From Octopus sinensis (Eukaryota): 64,000 nucleotides of DNA. The DNA lies in assembly GCF_006345805.1 (NCBI RefSeq), contig NC_043008.1, positions 74,710,001 through 74,774,000 on the forward strand, written 5' to 3'. Below are positions 25,131 through 38,330 of the stretch, in pieces (within the stretch, counting starts at the first letter, position 1; each line of letters opens with the position of its first letter). Below the pieces are notes generated by a model. It was not told the DNA's origin, did not search any database, and saw nothing but the letters and a program-made list of their open reading frames with translations. A program made the position numbers and the translations under genes.

Positions 25131-27649
25131 TTGAAGTGATCCTGGAACTATGGGGTTTCTTGATATACACAGACACATACTAACAGAGGCATACTCACTC
25201 AAATACACACATAGAGCCACACACACACATATGCAAGTGAATGCACACACATACACACACACATACAAAACCCCTAATAAATACAAGGAGGGTGTCCAGG
25301 TCAGTATTTTAACATTTCAAAAATATTGTTTCTAATTAATCAATGAAAACATTCGTTAGGATTATAACTTCAAAAACAAAAAATAGACAATAATTTTTAT
25401 AACAATGACAGAAACTAAATAAAGACAAGAATTAGATATACAAAGAGCAAGAATTTTAAACAAAAACAGGAAATCTTATATAGTCTAACTAATTTGATTC
25501 CATCCGACAATCAACAAATAATAACCACTCACTACCAACATCACTACTGGCACCACCACCACCAACAACACCAACACCAACAACACTATCACCACCACAA
25601 CTGCAACAGCTGTCACCACTTCAACCACCACCAACACCACCATCACCACCATCATCATCACCACCACCACCACTACCACCATTTGGCTTTCTAATTTGAT
25701 TGTTTAGGTTTTTATTTCAGTTTATTTTCCCCTTTAGAATGACTTTCTTTTTAATTGTAACTGTTGCTGCTGCTGCTACTCCTGCTGCTGTTATTATTGT
25801 TAGAGTGTTTGCTATTGCTGTTGTTGTTGTTGTTACTGTCTATTGTTTCTCGCTGTTTTTCAATTCTGTAATTTCCATAAATTTTCTCGCTATGCCAACT
25901 AAACAAACCTCACCGCCACTTACCCTTACCCCACCCTTAATGCAACCATTAAGAAAGTTTCCACCAGCCACAACATAACCAACATGCTCTACCCTGCTAA
26001 TTAATAACTCTATTCTACTAATTAATAGCTTTACTCTGTTGCTTGGCTTCAAATTTGAAATGTTACACAAAGATTTGGATCTTAATGGAATTGGTACTCT
26101 TCTGCACAGATGGTGCTGGCGAATGGGGTTGTGGAGGTGTGGTTTGGATGGTTGTCATTGGAGATGTTGTTGCTGGTGGTGGTGATGGTGGTGGCAGCAA
26201 TAGTTGGAGCAGTAGTAGCCATTACAATGATAGTGAAAGACAGTAGAGGTGGTAGTGGAAAAGTTAGTAATTGTTGTAGTTGTGGTTGTAGCGTTTTAGT
26301 TATTTGCCTCATCAAAGATAAAACAGGAAAAGGGTTATACACACACACACACATATATACATATACATACACTCAGAAGCATATATAGTCTCATACATGG
26401 AACTACACAAAGTCAATAGCATATTCACATTTATACACACAGACACAAAACCATACATAGCATATACACACACATTTATATATACAAATGTGTATGCACA
26501 CACACACACATACACAACACACACACACACAGACACACACACACACAAACACACACACACATATATATATATATATATGTACATTTATGCACACCCACTC
26601 ACATACAAACACATAAATGCATTCATACTAATAGATTACTAAAAATTAGTATTGCACACATACACATAAATTCATTAACACATTGACATCTATTTTCACA
26701 TATTCCCACATAGCATCCATACATAAAACGTCATATCTTGCTCATAACATACACATATGCATACACTAACTTCTATGCATCAGTAATCACACAAACACAC
26801 ACATTCACTCTCTCAAGCATACACACAAACAGAACCCCATTAGCATTCATACATGCATACACACACATACACACACACAAACACTTATGCACATGCAAAA
26901 CCTACCCAATACACACCCACAGCCAACTGTCTGAGCCTCAAATCTTTCTCTATTGATGCCACCAATCACTGTTGTTCAAACCCACTGATTCCCCTCTCCT
27001 GTCTCAGTTTCCACTCATTCCACCCCAATGCTATACCCAAATCACAATTCTTTAACCTTTCCTGCCTTTGCAGTCATAATTTCTACTTCCATACCCGATA
27101 ACTCTAAATGGTCACAACAAAATGTAATTCCACCCACCATCTTCTGATGCCACCAACACTTTTGATAATATCTCTACTTCCATGTCTTGTAGTCACCCTA
27201 CCACATGCTACTATCTCTTTCCCATCAACTACCATCCCACTATCTTGCTGCTCCAATGCATCCTTATACAGCACTTCTGTCTCCTCCAACCTGACTCTGC
27301 TACTGTCCACACCTTCCCATAACTTTCCTCCACACTGTCATCTCTGTGACCTTTTGGTTTACAATTCTTCTGATCATTTATCACACCCAGTCTTCATCAT
27401 TTTCCCTACTCCAGCCCCCACTGCAATATCTGCCACTTCATCCAAAAGATGCTCAAAATATCTGGCAGAGTAAGATACATTCAAGTCACTTGCATAGTCA
27501 GTCAGGTTATCCAGGAATGTTTCACCCCCAATGACTGGTGTAGTAGCATTATAGTTAGCTGCTACAAGGGTAAAGATGACACCTTAGATAGAAACAACTA
27601 CAGATGTATCAAACTGCTGAACTAGGTCATGAAATTTACAGAGTGTTAT

Positions 27650-28510
27650 AGCTCAATTGACTAGGAATAGGATTAAAATAGAAGAAATGCAGTTTGGTTT
27701 TGTGCCTGGGAAGGGAACCACAGATGCCATCTTCCTAGTGAGAGAGCTACAGAAGTATCCAGCCAAAAGTAAACCATTGTATTTGTCTTTCTTCAACCTG
27801 GAGAATGCTTTTCACAGAGCCCCTCACTTTTTTATCTGATGATCAAGCCATGTATAATAATACTGTCAGTATGGTGAGCGTCAGCTATGACTATAGTGAT
27901 GAATTTAGTGTACAAGTAGGAGTTCATCTGGGTCCAATTCCCAGTCTACTTTCGTTCATTATATCCTCCAGACCATAACAGAGGAATTTAAAAGTGGATG
28001 CCCGTGGGAACTACTATATACTCATGACATTGCTGTTATTGCAGAATGTGTAACAGAAGTGAAGAAGAAATTCCAGGTAAAGAAGCAAAACCTGGAATTA
28101 AAGGGCCTTAAAATTAACCTAGTGAAGACTAAAGTTGTTGTTAGAAAGTGGACAAGACTTGCTTTCTGTCAGGTTAATGGACTTTTTTAATATGTAGGAA
28201 AGGAAGAAATTCCATTCTGTGCACCCAGTGCAAGTTATGGACACATAAGAGGTGCAACGGAATCACAGACTTGTTAACAGAGAAAGTTGTCTTTGCATGT
28301 GGCAGATATGCAGGAACAATAAGCACTAAGAACACATCAGAATTAGACTCTCTCAAATGCCCATGGGTTTTTCTTGAGGTTGTAGATAGTTTGTTACCTT
28401 GCTAACCAAATTAGCAGTGGTGGAAGATGAGTTGCCAGCTCCTGCCAAGCCATCCATCCCATAGCAGCATGGAAAATGGACATTAAATGATGACATTGAT
28501 GATGATGATG
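27650..28510 (+). mobile_element. 5'-truncated RTE LINE (RT through 3' tail), decayed
   Basis: MQFGFVPGKGTTDAIFLVREL, NLENAFHR, VGVHLG, PWELLYTHD (for YADD), KGLKINLVKTKV, ILCTQCKLWTHKRCNGI, ending in catggaaaatggacattaaa(TGA)n. Confidence 0.9.
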
Positions 28511-28539
28511 TACATAATTTGGTGTTCACACATGTATAT

Positions 28540-28595
<56 letters not shown>

Positions 28596-28697
28596 CATGT
28601 ATATACATGTGAGAACACCAAATTATGTACATCATCATCATCACTGTCATCATTTAATGTCCGTTTTCCATGTTGGTATGGGATGGATAGCTTGGCA
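28443..28697. repeat. Inverted duplication with 96-bp arms around a 63-nt mostly (TA)n spacer
   Basis: 28443-28538 versus 28602-28697: 6 mismatches in 96. The arms include both RTE tail and non-RTE flank. Confidence 0.92.
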
Positions 28698-28708
28698 ATA
28701 TATATATA

Positions 28709-29401
28709 CGAGCAAAACGCCCCCTGTCCAATGGACGGGGCTGAGTTGTCAAACATTTAAACCAAATTTTCTCAAAACAACTTGTCCGACTGTCCCATAG
28801 GCCTCCCCTTTGAGAAACACTGATTTAACCTAAATTTGAGACACCAGTAAAAGAAGAAATAACGATAGACATTTTTTCTATTCCAAAGAAAAGCGATTTT
28901 ATTGACACAAATATGCAACTGAAGAGTTTAAAGTGCCAGTAATGATAAGGCTGTTGACTGGGAGAACACAAACATGGTTTAAACAGTAAGCTTGTCAGGA
29001 AAAAAACGTGCTTTTTAGCAGTACAAAAACAACAAAAAATGGAAGGTGCAGTTATGTACAGGTTGATGGAAGAAAAGCAGGACAAAAACGATGCATGCAA
29101 ATGGGTTAGCTGGAGGTAAATATAGAAAAGCATGATGTTTTTTTGTGCACACTGCACACGCATTTTTCTCGCACATGCATAGTATCGATTGCAACAGCTG
29201 ATGTACTTGCACATACAAATGCACGTTCCCACGGCTTTATTGATCGCATTCTCACCTGGAATCGATTTTTGTAATTTTTTGAAGACTTATACATGCCCTG
29301 ATACCGTCAGTATCTACATATCAAATTTGAGTGCAATCGGATGGATGATGCCTGAGATCCTTGAAGACACACACACACACAGACAGAACGGATTTTATAT
29401 A

Positions 29402-29410
<9 letters not shown>
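28709..29410 (-). mobile_element. Non-autonomous Helitron-like element, copy 1
   Basis: Minus 5' end tatattatataaaatccgttctgtc(tg)n...ccgattgcactcaaattt; 3' GC-rich hairpin GCCCCGTCC-ATT-GGACAGGGGGC followed by gttttgCTCGt, similar to the CTRR/CTAG terminus. Confidence 0.75.
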
Positions 29411-29432
<22 letters not shown>

Positions 29433-29494
29433 CATACATGCATGCATGCATGCATACATACATACATACATACATACATACATACATACATACA

Positions 29495-29530
<36 letters not shown>

Positions 29531-29640
29531 CACATGTAATATAATTTTTCTGAATCTTCAGATTTTTCACTATGCTAGGCCACTGGGTTTAAATTGATAT
29601 TAATCAAATTAATATTCAATTTTTCACCTTTATTATTTAA

Positions 29641-29696
<56 letters not shown>

Positions 29697-29829
29697 TATA
29701 TATATATATGTATATACATGTATATACATGTGAGAACACCAAATTATGTACATCATCATCATCACTGTCATCATTTAATGTCCGTTTTCCATGTTGGTAT
29801 GGGATGGATAGCTTGGCAATATATATATA

Positions 29830-30522
29830 CGAGCAAAACGCCCCCTGTCCAATGGACGGGGCTGAGTTGTCAAACATTTAAACCAAATTTTCTCAAAACA
29901 ACTTGTCTGACTGTCCCATAGGCCTCCCCTTTGAGAAACACTGATTTAACCTAAATTTGAGACACCAGTAAAAGAAGAAATAACGATAGACATTTTTTCT
30001 ATTCCAAAGAAAAGCGATTTTATTGACACAAATATGCAACTGAAGAGTTTAAAGTGCCAGTAATGATAAGGCTGTTGACTGGGAGAACACAAACATGGTT
30101 TAAACAGTAAGCTTGTCAGGAAAAAAACGTGCTTTTTAGCAGTACAAAAACAACAAAAAATGGAAGGTGCAGTTATGTACAGGTTGATGGAAGAAAAGCA
30201 GGACAAAAACGATGCATGCAAATGGGTTAGCTGGAGGTAAATATAGAAAAGCATGATGTTTTTTTGTGCACACTGCACACGCATTTTTCTCGCACATGCA
30301 TAGTATCGATTGCAACAGCTGATGTACTTGCACATACAAATGCACGTTCCCACGGCTTTATTGATCGCATTCTCACCTGGAATCGATTTTTGTAATTTTT
30401 TGAAGACTTATACATGCCCTGATACCGTCAGTATCTACATATCAAATTTGAGTGCAATCGGATGGATGATGCCTGAGATCCTTGAAGACACACACACACA
30501 CAGACAGAACGGATTTTATATA

Positions 30523-30531
<9 letters not shown>
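29830..30531 (-). mobile_element. Non-autonomous Helitron-like element, copy 2, inside the tandem duplication
   Basis: Same as copy 1 at +1121, with one visible substitution (ttgtccgac versus ttgtctgac). Confidence 0.75.
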
Positions 30532-30553
<22 letters not shown>

Positions 30554-30619
30554 CATACATGCATGCATGCATGCATACATACATACATACATACATACAT
30601 ACATACATACATACATACA

Positions 30620-30655
<36 letters not shown>

Positions 30656-30765
30656 CACATGTAATATAATTTTTCTGAATCTTCAGATTTTTCACTATGC
30701 TAGGCCACTGGGTTTAAATTGATATTAATCAAATTAATATTCAATTTTTCACCTTTATTATTTAA

Positions 30766-30833
<68 letters not shown>

Positions 30834-31696
30834 GTATGTATGTACCATTCACCCATATGCAGTGGATGAATATATTTTTAAGGTCAACTTTTAGTTACTC
30901 GAAAGCACTTCTAAACTCATCACTAATTCGGTTATCAACTAAATTGAATGTTGGTTTTTTTAGCAATGATGGTCCCATCTTCAGTAACATTTTAAGATCA
31001 AGTAAGTGAAATTTGGTTCGTTAAGTCAGGTCAAAATATTTTTTCCCATTTACTAAGGGTATTCAGTCAATCTTCTATGCTGTTATCACAGTAATTCTGC
31101 AGTTAGAATTTACTTCAAATGAAAGAGCTCTATGAAAAGAATTTTTTGGTGAAAACTTTGTCAAAAAATGTTTGCTACAAAAGAACTTGTGTGGCAATAA
31201 GTAATGATAAACAGGGATAATTTTAAGAAATCAAATTATTTTTGTTTTTTTAAGGCGAAAAACTATATTATTCGAACTGAAATGAAAGAGTTGTACGTTT
31301 TGGAGAAAATGCTATCTAAAAATATTAAGCATAAAATGGAAATTTTTTTTACAATTTCATATCAATTTTTATTATTCTGTTTATGTATTAAAATATTTAC
31401 TTATCAAAAACGTATGAAAATTTAAAAAATCATTCATAAGAAAGAATAATTATTAATTATTTTTTTTGAATATAGCATTATTTTAAAATAAAAATTGTTT
31501 TAAAATATCATTATTTGTAACAGATATGCTGCTATAAAAATTCATTGTTATTTTTTGGTGCAAACAGAATTTCTAGATTTGAGCAAAATCTGTATTTAAA
31601 AAATATTTTCAATATTTAAAAAGATATTTTCATTTTTTCAATTATAAAGGTAAATACTACTAATTATAATGATAAAAGCTATGCCTGGAAAAAAAA

Positions 31697-32602
31697 GTGG
31701 ACTATTATAAAAAATCTCAGGTGCAGAAAAGAGTATTCTTAAGTATTGAAGCTGGAAAAGTAAAGGACAAGCAGTAATTAATCCTGGAAAAAGGCACAGG
31801 ACAAGAAGACAAAAAACTTAAAATGTTGCTGCTGAAGTAAGAATTTCCTTAATAAATCTGAAATTGTTCACCTAATAGTATGTACAGTTTTTTTTTTTTC
31901 TTTCAGAAATTTAAAATTTAAATAAATATTTTTGATTTAAAAAATTATTTATATTAAGCTAAAACATTTATTGTTTTATTTTTGGTATTATATTAATTTT
32001 TTCATTTTATTTTCTTAACAAAATTCATCCCAAAATTTTAAATCATAGATATTGTGTCATAAAATTAAACTTATGTAGAATATAAGTAATTCAAGAGTAA
32101 AAAATAATGCAAAAACATTTTTTAAAGAAACTAAAGAATTAATTTCTTTAAAATTTGCATCATCAGATAAGTATTTTCAATTTACAGTTAGAAAAATAAC
32201 TTTAAAAAATGAAAGCTAATGAACAAACAGCTTCTTATAAAAAACTTAGGGATTTTGTCACTTTTACACTTACCTTGTTATATGAATTTTTTTAAATATA
32301 TAGGTTTGTTATATTAAATTTTTTATGTGTAAACTTGCAAGCAGTTAGTCTTTTCACTAAAATTGAAGCTAAATAACTTCTTGAGTACTTTAATTTTAAC
32401 TTCTAAGTAAAAATGAAAAATATAAAAGGCCATTTATCACTGTCTTAGTTTTTAAATTCTAATTTTAGCAACAACATCTAAGGTTTATTTTTTCTTGTCC
32501 TGTACTTTTCCAGGCTTAATTACTGCTTGTTCTGTACTATTCCAGGTTCAATACTTAGGAATATTCTAGGATATTGCACCCACATTTTTTATTGCAGTGC
32601 AC
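31697..32602. mobile_element. ~900-bp non-autonomous TIR element with ~150-bp arms containing sub-repeats; CACT-like right end
   Basis: 31697-31846 matches the reverse complement of 32454-32602 (ttaagtattgaa.ctggaa.agta.a..acaagcagtaattaa.cctggaaaa). The right end reads CACTGCAATAAAAAA; ctggaaaa...ggacaag recurs. Confidence 0.7.
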
Positions 32603-32754
32603 ATGCATATATATACAGTAGAACCTCAGTTTTTGAACAACTCTGGTCACAAATAAATCGTGCTTTATCTCCTGTCATTCTTATATTAATTTAATACAGT
32701 AGTACCTCAGTTTACGAACGCCTTTGAACATGAATAAATCGTGCTTTATATATA

Positions 32755-32892
32755 TATATCATCATCATCATTTAACGTCTGCTTTCCATACTGGCATGAG
32801 TTAGACGGTTTGACTGAGGACTAGCAAGCCAGAAGGCTGCACCAGGCTCCAATCTGATCTGGCAAAGTTTCTACAGCTGGATACCATTCCAA
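32755..32892 (-). mobile_element. RTE 3' tail fragment
   Basis: (CAT)n-ttaacgtctgctttccatactggcatg...tttctacagctgga, homologous to the RTE tails at 15.5, 28.5 and 43.1 kb. Confidence 0.75.
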
Positions 32893-32912
32893 TATATATA
32901 TATAATATATAT

Positions 32913-32974
<62 letters not shown>

Positions 32975-32978
32975 ATAT

Positions 32979-33014
<36 letters not shown>

Positions 33015-33018
33015 ATAT

Positions 33019-33056
<38 letters not shown>

Positions 33057-33061
<5 letters not shown>

Positions 33062-34267
33062 GTTGGACAAAATAATGGAAACACCTTAAAATTTCAAACA
33101 AATTAATTTTAATATGGGGTAGGACACATACAAAGTTTGAATTGTTTCCAAAGGAATTTTTGTCGATTCTTCAGTTAAGACAGTCTCCAGTTCTTGTAGT
33201 GATGATGGTGGACGATATCGACTCCTTACTTGTTTTTCTAAAATGCATCACAAATGTTCAATAATATTGAGATCTGGGGAGTGTCGTGGTCAAATAAGAT
33301 GTTCAACTTCACTAGAATGTTCCTCATGCCAGTCAGTAACAACTTTAGCTGTGTGAATTGGTGTATTATCATCCTGAATGATTGTGTTTCCCTCCAGAAA
33401 CAGTTATGCAAACATAGGATGAATTTGATCAGATAAAATGCTTAAATAGTCCTGACTATTAATTCTGCCATGAAGGGAAACTATTGGGCCGGTGGATTTC
33501 CAAGATATCACCCTCCAGATCATCACAGATCCTCCTCCATGTTTAACAGTTGGAAGAAGACAGTCTGGGTCAAATGATTCTTTTGGCTGTTTCTACATGT
33601 ATATTCGGCCAGTGGTCAGAAATAGGGTAAAGGATGACTTGTCTGAGAAAACAATATTCTTCCACTGCTCTAGGGACCGTTTCTGTAGGTTTTTACTCCA
33701 CTCTAAATGCTTTGCAACGTTTGGTTTTGAAAGTAGTGGTTTTCTGGTTGCAGCCCTCCTGTGAAGTCTGACTTTGTGCAGCTCCCAGCGAACAGTTTTT
33801 GGAAACTGGGTTCTCGAGGTGGTCATTAAGCTCAGCAGTAATTTTGGGAGCTGTACTTTTGTGATCCTTTCTAACAATTTGCATAAGAATCCAACGGTCC
33901 CTATCAGAAAATTTTGGTTTTCTTCCAGAGTTTTGTTTCGACAAGAAGGTTTTTCCTCTTTCTCAAAGGCTGTCATTACTTTCAAGACAGTATTTCTTTA
34001 TAAATCAAACATTTCGGCTGTTTTTGTTTCACTAGCACCTGCCATATGTGCACCAACAATTTGAACTCTTTGGAAGTCCAATAGATGTGTCATTTTAATG
34101 AATTTTAATTACCTTTTTCTGATGATATTTGAAAAACAGCAATTTTAGCAAAGCTTGTTAAGCAACACTAATAACAAATCAAAAACATAAAAATAAACAA
34201 GCTTTTGATGGTTTTATAGATATTTCAAAATTATGATGCTAGGTGTTTCCATTATTTTGTCCAACCC

Positions 34268-34270
<3 letters not shown>
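33057..34270 (-). mobile_element. Full-length compact Tc1-like transposon with pseudogenised DD34E transposase
   Basis: TIR (C/T)AGGGGTTGGACAAAATAATGGAAACACCT at both ends, TA-flanked, 1214 bp. GRKPKFSDRD linker, WKNIVFSDKSSF (E to K), VKHGGGSVMIW, QDDNTPIH, PDLNIIEHL. Confidence 0.95.
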
Positions 34271-34310
<40 letters not shown>

Positions 34311-37300
34311 TGTATGTATGTATGTATGTATATATATGTAAGGTACAATTTATTCGTGATCAGAGTTGTTCAAAACTCAAGGTGCTACTGTATATATATA
34401 TATATTATATATATATATATGGGTACAGGACATCACAAAATGCAAACAATAGGAATTATAAAATATGAAAGCAACATAAAATACGAAGGCAAATTTGGGT
34501 GTGCGAACGAGAGAAACAAATGGAAAACAAGACAAGTAACATAAAGAACGACCCTCCATTAGTTGTCAGCTGTTCATCTACTCCACATTTTGCGCAATTA
34601 ACGACAATATGAGGCTTTGGAAAACAGTTGCTCCTGCAAATCAAAATAAGATTTGTTCTTGTTACTGCTGCTGCTGCATGGCCTCAAGTTATGCAAACTT
34701 AGGATCAAAGCATTCCAGCCATGGCAATCACATCTCTTCCCTCAGTACAAAGTAAACAGTACTGCATCTCATGGATTCTTCCCGAAGGTGGCTAAGTATA
34801 AATTGAGGAAGATTTGGCTGCTATTTCTACCAAGTCACACATCCACATAGGGACTATCTTATTTTCTTCTTTCTGTAGTGACGTTATCTTCAGGTGTCTA
34901 ATATCCAGGAATATTCAACTATTTGACTTGTTAATTTTCCAATGAATATTAATGCAGCAGCACCAGTATGACATATCTGATACAAGGTAAGCAATACATA
35001 GATTTAGGGACATACAATAAAATATATAGATTATCACAAGACAGCTGTGTTTGTGAAGATCAATTATATATAATATAAACCTACTGAATAAAATATTCAT
35101 TTAAAATATCTTCTCAAAACTGTTAGCTTTTATTGTAGATTTTAAATGCATTCCTCTGAAATTTTGGACATAAGTTTTGTACATTGTCCCTGCCTGACCC
35201 TATATAACTGACCAATAGATTGAAAGTAAAATGAATATAAATCTGTAATTAGTACTTTGAGCTATGCCTACATAGTCTTTAAAGTAAGACACATTTCCTG
35301 AAGTTTAGAGATTAAAACATGCAACAACATAAGAGATTATACTTCCACAGAAGCAAGATTTTAATTATAGAGTAATTTGGTCAGTGAAAATAACCCTGTA
35401 TATAAATGGTTGATATTTTGTCAACCTCTAAGGAGTGAAAGGCAAATCCATTATTAATGAGATTTGAAATTAGAAGATAAAATAAGGAAACTAAATAGTT
35501 TAAGGCATTTAGTTCAACTTTTCCTCAAACCTACCATTTCACTGTCTTTTGTTGACAAATGACATTTTATGAATATCATTGGAGTCAACGGCCATCCAAT
35601 AAATGTCTTAAGGCTGTATCATGCACGGGGACATAGAAATAATCGGACTGAATACTCGATCGTGCAGTTAAACCATTGGGTGTGAAGGACTCCTAGCCTT
35701 TGTTAGGGCATCCTTCTATGAGAAGGTAACTCAGGTAACTGGGATAACTCCGATATAAAACCTGCGGCTCAGTGGTTACCAATGATGTTGACTTGTTCTT
35801 CTTTTCGGATTATGGCTGCTGTTGCTTAGTGAGTGGGATTGACTCAGTGCACAGCCTTTCCTCACTTTAAAAAAAATCTTCTTGCACAGGCATTGCACAA
35901 TAACAACATTGATTAAGCTTCGTGCAATGGCCATACTTGATAACGAGGGGGCAGCCACCACCATGTATGTATGTATGTATGTATGTATGTATGTATGTAT
36001 TTATGTATGTATGTATGCATGTATGTTTGTATGTGTGTATGTATGTACATACATGTGTATGTATATATGTACGCACATATGTATGTTTGTATGTATGTAT
36101 ACGGACACTCTCACATGCAAACACATACACACACATACAGGGACAGGCATGGCTGTATGATTAAACTGTTTGATTCCCAACCACATATATGTGTGTGGGG
36201 GGGGGGGGTTATATCTATCTATCTATACATACACACACACTCACGAAATAAAAAGGATTAATAAATCTAGGCAGATATCTACAAAGGACTTGGAGTTAAG
36301 TGAACTTGGTTAACTGTAACAAACTATTAGATACCAATAAATCCAAATAGTATTAATATCCAAAGTAAATCCTGATGTATGACAAGTGAATCCAAATTTA
36401 ACTTAGAAAAAGTTCAAGAAATTCAGGGTTTATGACAACAACAGTAAGAACAAAGAAAATCACATCTTTTATTGATGATACCACCATACATTATGGACAA
36501 TCATTTCTATTGTGCCTGCATAATTAGATATAGGTAAAAGTACAAAATACCAGTCAAATTAATATTTCTGAAAATATATGTTAATACATTACCAATGCAA
36601 TACAAATTGGGCTAAATTCAAAGTGAATGTATACAAAAAGAACGTTAAGAAGAAATATATTCTAAGAAAAGCCACTTTAGTATTTAAACTTATAATGGTG
36701 TTGTTAGATAACAAAAGAATAAAAAAATAAACACAGAAATTCTGTCAGTGACCATGTTCACTTTCTCTCTCTCCCCCCTCTCTCTCTCTCTCTTACTCTC
36801 TTTCTTTCTCTCTCCTTCTCTCCCCCTCTACCTCTCTCATTCTTCTCTTTTTCTACATTGTTGTTACATTGTCTTGTCTTCTATAATCTAGCATTTCTCA
36901 GAGTTGTTGAATGCATTTCCTTCATGCTGTTATTTTCTGTCCTAACAAACAAAGGGCATTTTCTGATTTTCTGTTAGCTTTAACTTCTGAATGCATTGGT
37001 TCTATCTAAGGATATTCACATGTCTTTTTTGTCCCATTCAAATTGAAAGACTACTAACATTTCTTGTTTATGCACTGTCCACTGTTTATCCATAGTAACC
37101 TGCAACCATAGTTACTGAACATGCCAAATATTTTGTAGTTCCATCTGCAGGTGTTCAAAACCATATAGAATGTTTGGTTGACATCCGATGAAGGAAAGTT
37201 GTTTTTGTTTATATTGTATTTTTTTTACACTGTACTTGGTCAGTTTTACTGCTTTATTATGTAGTGTCTAATGATCATTCCCTTGCATTTTGTTGAACAG

Positions 37301-37529
37301 CATTTTGTCATTTCTTGTAAATTTATTTTTGCTTCACCTTGTTTTTGTTTATTTTACTGCTTTCACACCTGGTTACGTCCTTCTCTTTACCCCTACTTCT
37401 CACTTTTTCTACACACACAAATATATATACATACATACATATATCTGTATGTATATATATATGTAAATACACACACACACAGATATATAATGTATACATT
37501 GACAGATATACTATTTACATTGATAGATA

Positions 37530-38330
37530 TAGTATGTAGATAGATACATAGATGGTGTGCAAATGTTGGCTGAAAGACACCATTTAGATTTTGAATGTAC
37601 TGATAGAAATAGTCTGTAGCTATTGATTGGATATATAGACACTATGTGCTGATTTTGACTGGATAGATAAGCACACTGTAGATATTTATTTGATAATATG
37701 ACAGACAGACAAGCAGACTGACAAACAGACAGACAGACAGGCTCACAGACTGACAGGCATAGACATATAGATACTATACATAGATTTTGATTGAACAGGT
37801 AGGCACACTGAAATATTAACTTGACAGACAGACAGGCAACCAGCTAGTCAGCAAGCCAAACAGATAGACAGATAGATACTCTGAGTAGATTTTGACCAGA
37901 CAGGCAGGCACACTAGATATTAACTTGACAGGCAGACAGATAGATAGACAGTGTGTATATATGTTGGCTGGATTGATAGACACAGTGTACAAATATTGAC
38001 TGGATAAATAGACAAAGTGTGTAGATGCCCACTAGATAATTAGACACAGTGTGTGCATTTTAACTGGATAGATAGACACCGTGTGTTGAAGTTGACTAAA
38101 TAGATTAACACACTGTTTAGATGTTGACTGCACAGATAGGCACAGTGTGTATATGTTGACTAGAAAGATGTACAATGTGTTGATGTTGATAGGATAGATC
38201 TGCTGTGTAGAAGTTAACTGAATACATATAGACACAGTGTATAGAAGTCAACTAGAGAGATATACACAGAGTGTAGATGTTGACTGTAAAAGTACATCAG
38301 TAAATGCAGATAGCAGACAATAAATATATT
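37530..38330 (+). repeat. 32-bp minisatellite mixed with (GACA)n
   Basis: Consensus tagacacagtgtgtagatgttgactggataga; unit landmarks at 37981, 38013, 38045, 38077. Confidence 0.9.

Larger units (their letters stand above)
28560..30830 (+). repeat. ~1121-bp tandem duplication, two copies
   Basis: ORF pairs 28825/29946 and 29015/30136 are offset 1121; the offset becomes 1125 after the (TACA)n tract. Junctions fall in (TA)/(TG) microsatellites. Confidence 0.95.
32616..34390. mobile_element. pogo/Tigger-like MITE (TA|CAGTAG termini) expanded by nested insertions
   Basis: Left arm cagtagaacctcagtttttgaacaactctggtcacaaataaat (32616; second diverged copy at 32697). Right arm 34339-34390 is its reverse complement, with TA outside both ends. 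Confidence 0.75.

Noticed and set aside
30850-31200. Possible decayed coding sequence on the minus strand (…KVDLKNIFIHCIWVNGTY)
   Set aside because: Multiple stops and no motif I recognise.
34430-34650. Repeat-like segment with a minus-strand CTAATGGAG resembling a CTGATGAAG core
   Set aside because: Two core mismatches and no convincing stems; probably an interspersed repeat that I cannot classify.
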